Origin: a virus
IMG/VR virus record: IMGVR_UViG_3300045988_160163
Coordinates: 9,666-41,665 of that record
Strand: one strand, 5' to 3'
DNA: 32,000 nt
The notes beneath the pieces are model-generated. The model was given only the letters and a program-made list of their open reading frames with translations, was not told where the DNA came from and did not search any database. Shown piece after piece: positions 30,873 to 32,000 of the stretch; position 1 is the first letter of the stretch, and every line of letters starts with the position of its first letter. The position numbers and the translations under genes were made by a program.

Positions 30873-31226
30873 ATGAAACACAAATTACCAAAGTTTTTAA
30901 CAGAAAAACATATAAATATAGGTGATGAGCTTAATAAGCTGTTTATGATCAATAATACACAAAGTTTATTTGTACAATACGGAGATCGTGTTGTATGTGT
31001 TTATATGGCAGATGAAAAGTTTTATAGGTGTAATTATGATAAGAATGGTATACTCGTTATTAAGCATTATATTTGTGAACCGCAATTCAAAAGTTTATAT
31101 AGAAAGTTTTTAGATAATGAAATTGATTGCTTAAACTATGAAGACGTAATGAATGGCTGCAATAAGATTTATCTAAAGTCAGATGAAGATTATAAAAAAT
31201 TTATGATAACATTAGCTGATGTGTAG
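30873..31226 (+). CDS. Hypothetical protein, divergent member of a 3-gene paralogous family
   Basis: AAGGAG SD. 117 aa. Shares ..V.Y.D..V.V......F......FKSLYRKFL.. features with the next two genes. Confidence 0.5.
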   Translation: MKHKLPKFLTEKHINIGDELNKLFMINNTQSLFVQYGDRVVCVYMADEKFYRCNYDKNGILVIKHYICEPQFKSLYRKFLDNEIDCLNYEDVMNGCNKIYLKSDEDYKKFMITLADV

Positions 31227-31248
31227 AAAGTTTTTTAGGAGTGATGAA

Positions 31249-31536
31249 ATGGATGAAAATAAGTTTTCTTATAAAGAAGTTTTTGTGAGATATGATAATG
31301 TACAAATTAGTGTTGTTTGTTCTAAGATGGTTGAAAAAGTTTTTGAATACAATGCGCATGATGATGAAGATATGCCTGTGAATTATGTTTATTATGTGAA
31401 GAAAGAAAAGTTTTCTCAGCTGCTGGAAAAGTTTTTTGACGGTTCGATTCTATGCAAGCATGAAAAAGAATCTCAAAAGTTTTTTCCAACGTCTCAAGAA
31501 CAATTAGAAAAAGTTTTTCTAATCCTGGATAAATAA
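31249..31536 (+). CDS. Hypothetical protein, paralog 2
   Basis: ATG 31249 lies 7 nt after AGGAG. MDENKFSYKEVFVRYDNVQISVVCS aligns with MFENKFLYTDIHISYKDTTIVVVCS of the next gene. Confidence 0.55.
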   Translation: MDENKFSYKEVFVRYDNVQISVVCSKMVEKVFEYNAHDDEDMPVNYVYYVKKEKFSQLLEKFFDGSILCKHEKESQKFFPTSQEQLEKVFLILDK

Positions 31537-31554
31537 GCTTCTGGAGGTGTTGGA

Positions 31555-31854
31555 ATGTTTGAAAACAAGTTTTTATATACTGATATTCATATAAGTTATA
31601 AAGATACAACAATAGTTGTTGTATGTTCGGATGATGCAGAAATTATTTCTTTAGAAACAGATGGTTCTAAAGAAGTATGGTATTTCGAAGTCAATAAAGA
31701 AAAGTTTGATAGTTTGGTTGTAAAGTTATTGAATAAAGAAATTGGAAATGGTCTCAAAAAGGATTCAAAATATTTTTATATTAATTCAAGATCAAACTTA
31801 ATGAAAGTGTTTAGTATTCTAGATCCTAGACAAATGAGGAACTTCTTAAATTGA
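31555..31854 (+). CDS. Hypothetical protein, paralog 3
   Basis: GGAGGTG SD. 99 aa. The N-terminus and the ..KEKF..L..K.. / ..KVF.ILD motifs are shared with paralog 2. Confidence 0.55.
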   Translation: MFENKFLYTDIHISYKDTTIVVVCSDDAEIISLETDGSKEVWYFEVNKEKFDSLVVKLLNKEIGNGLKKDSKYFYINSRSNLMKVFSILDPRQMRNFLN

Positions 31855-32000
31855 AAAAGTGAAAAACACGGTTTATAATATAGATGGTTAATTAATTAGG
31901 GTTTTAATTGCTTTCAGTAAGCTTTTAAGGCCTTTTTTATATTCAAACAAAAGAAGCAAGAAAAACTTTTTGCAGTTGATTCAATTGGATATAAAAAAAG

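Overview
AT-rich (roughly 30% G+C by eye) DNA of a temperate siphovirus of a low-GC Gram-positive (Bacillota) host, almost all coded on the + strand. In order: (1) tail module 5-9519: tape measure, Dit, Tal, baseplate proteins and a receptor-binding protein. (2) Two XhlA-like membrane proteins. (3) A terminator-bounded accessory cassette 10109-12781: a sigma-region-4-only HTH protein, two Q/N-rich proteins, a membrane-anchored Cys-rich coiled-coil protein, a C1q/BclA-C-like protein and a helical protein. (4) Holin and Amidase_2 endolysin, 12861-14256. (5) An attP-like region 14276-14567 with a tRNA 3'-end-like core, arm-type repeats and a strong promoter. (6) A tyrosine integrase, 14568-15665. 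(7) A promoter / ~300-nt G+C-enriched structured RNA / terminator unit, followed by a PBECR-like nuclease gene and a 57-aa ORF, 15722-16667. (8) A decayed AT-rich spacer with a C10 tract and a MazE-like antitoxin remnant. (9) An Ltp-type lipoprotein and an XRE repressor on the - strand, facing a genetic switch with repeated operators, 18858-18990. (10) An early region with an RHH protein, an Xis-like HTH protein, a DUF2829 (Tad2-like) protein, a second Xer-like tyrosine recombinase and several counter-oriented accessory genes. (11) A replication module (replisome organizer with internal iterons, DnaC-like loader), an HNH endonuclease and many small ORFs. (12) A sigma-r4/ArpU-like late regulator, a lipoprotein/membrane-protein moron, and three paralogous small genes with a dense AAAAGTTTT motif. 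Late genes and lysogeny/early genes are joined through what looks like an intact attP. The window therefore looks like an unintegrated or circularly permuted phage genome, or a tandem prophage, rather than a phage-host junction. No rRNA, complete tRNA or CRISPR array was seen. All family assignments rest on remembered motifs, not on searches.
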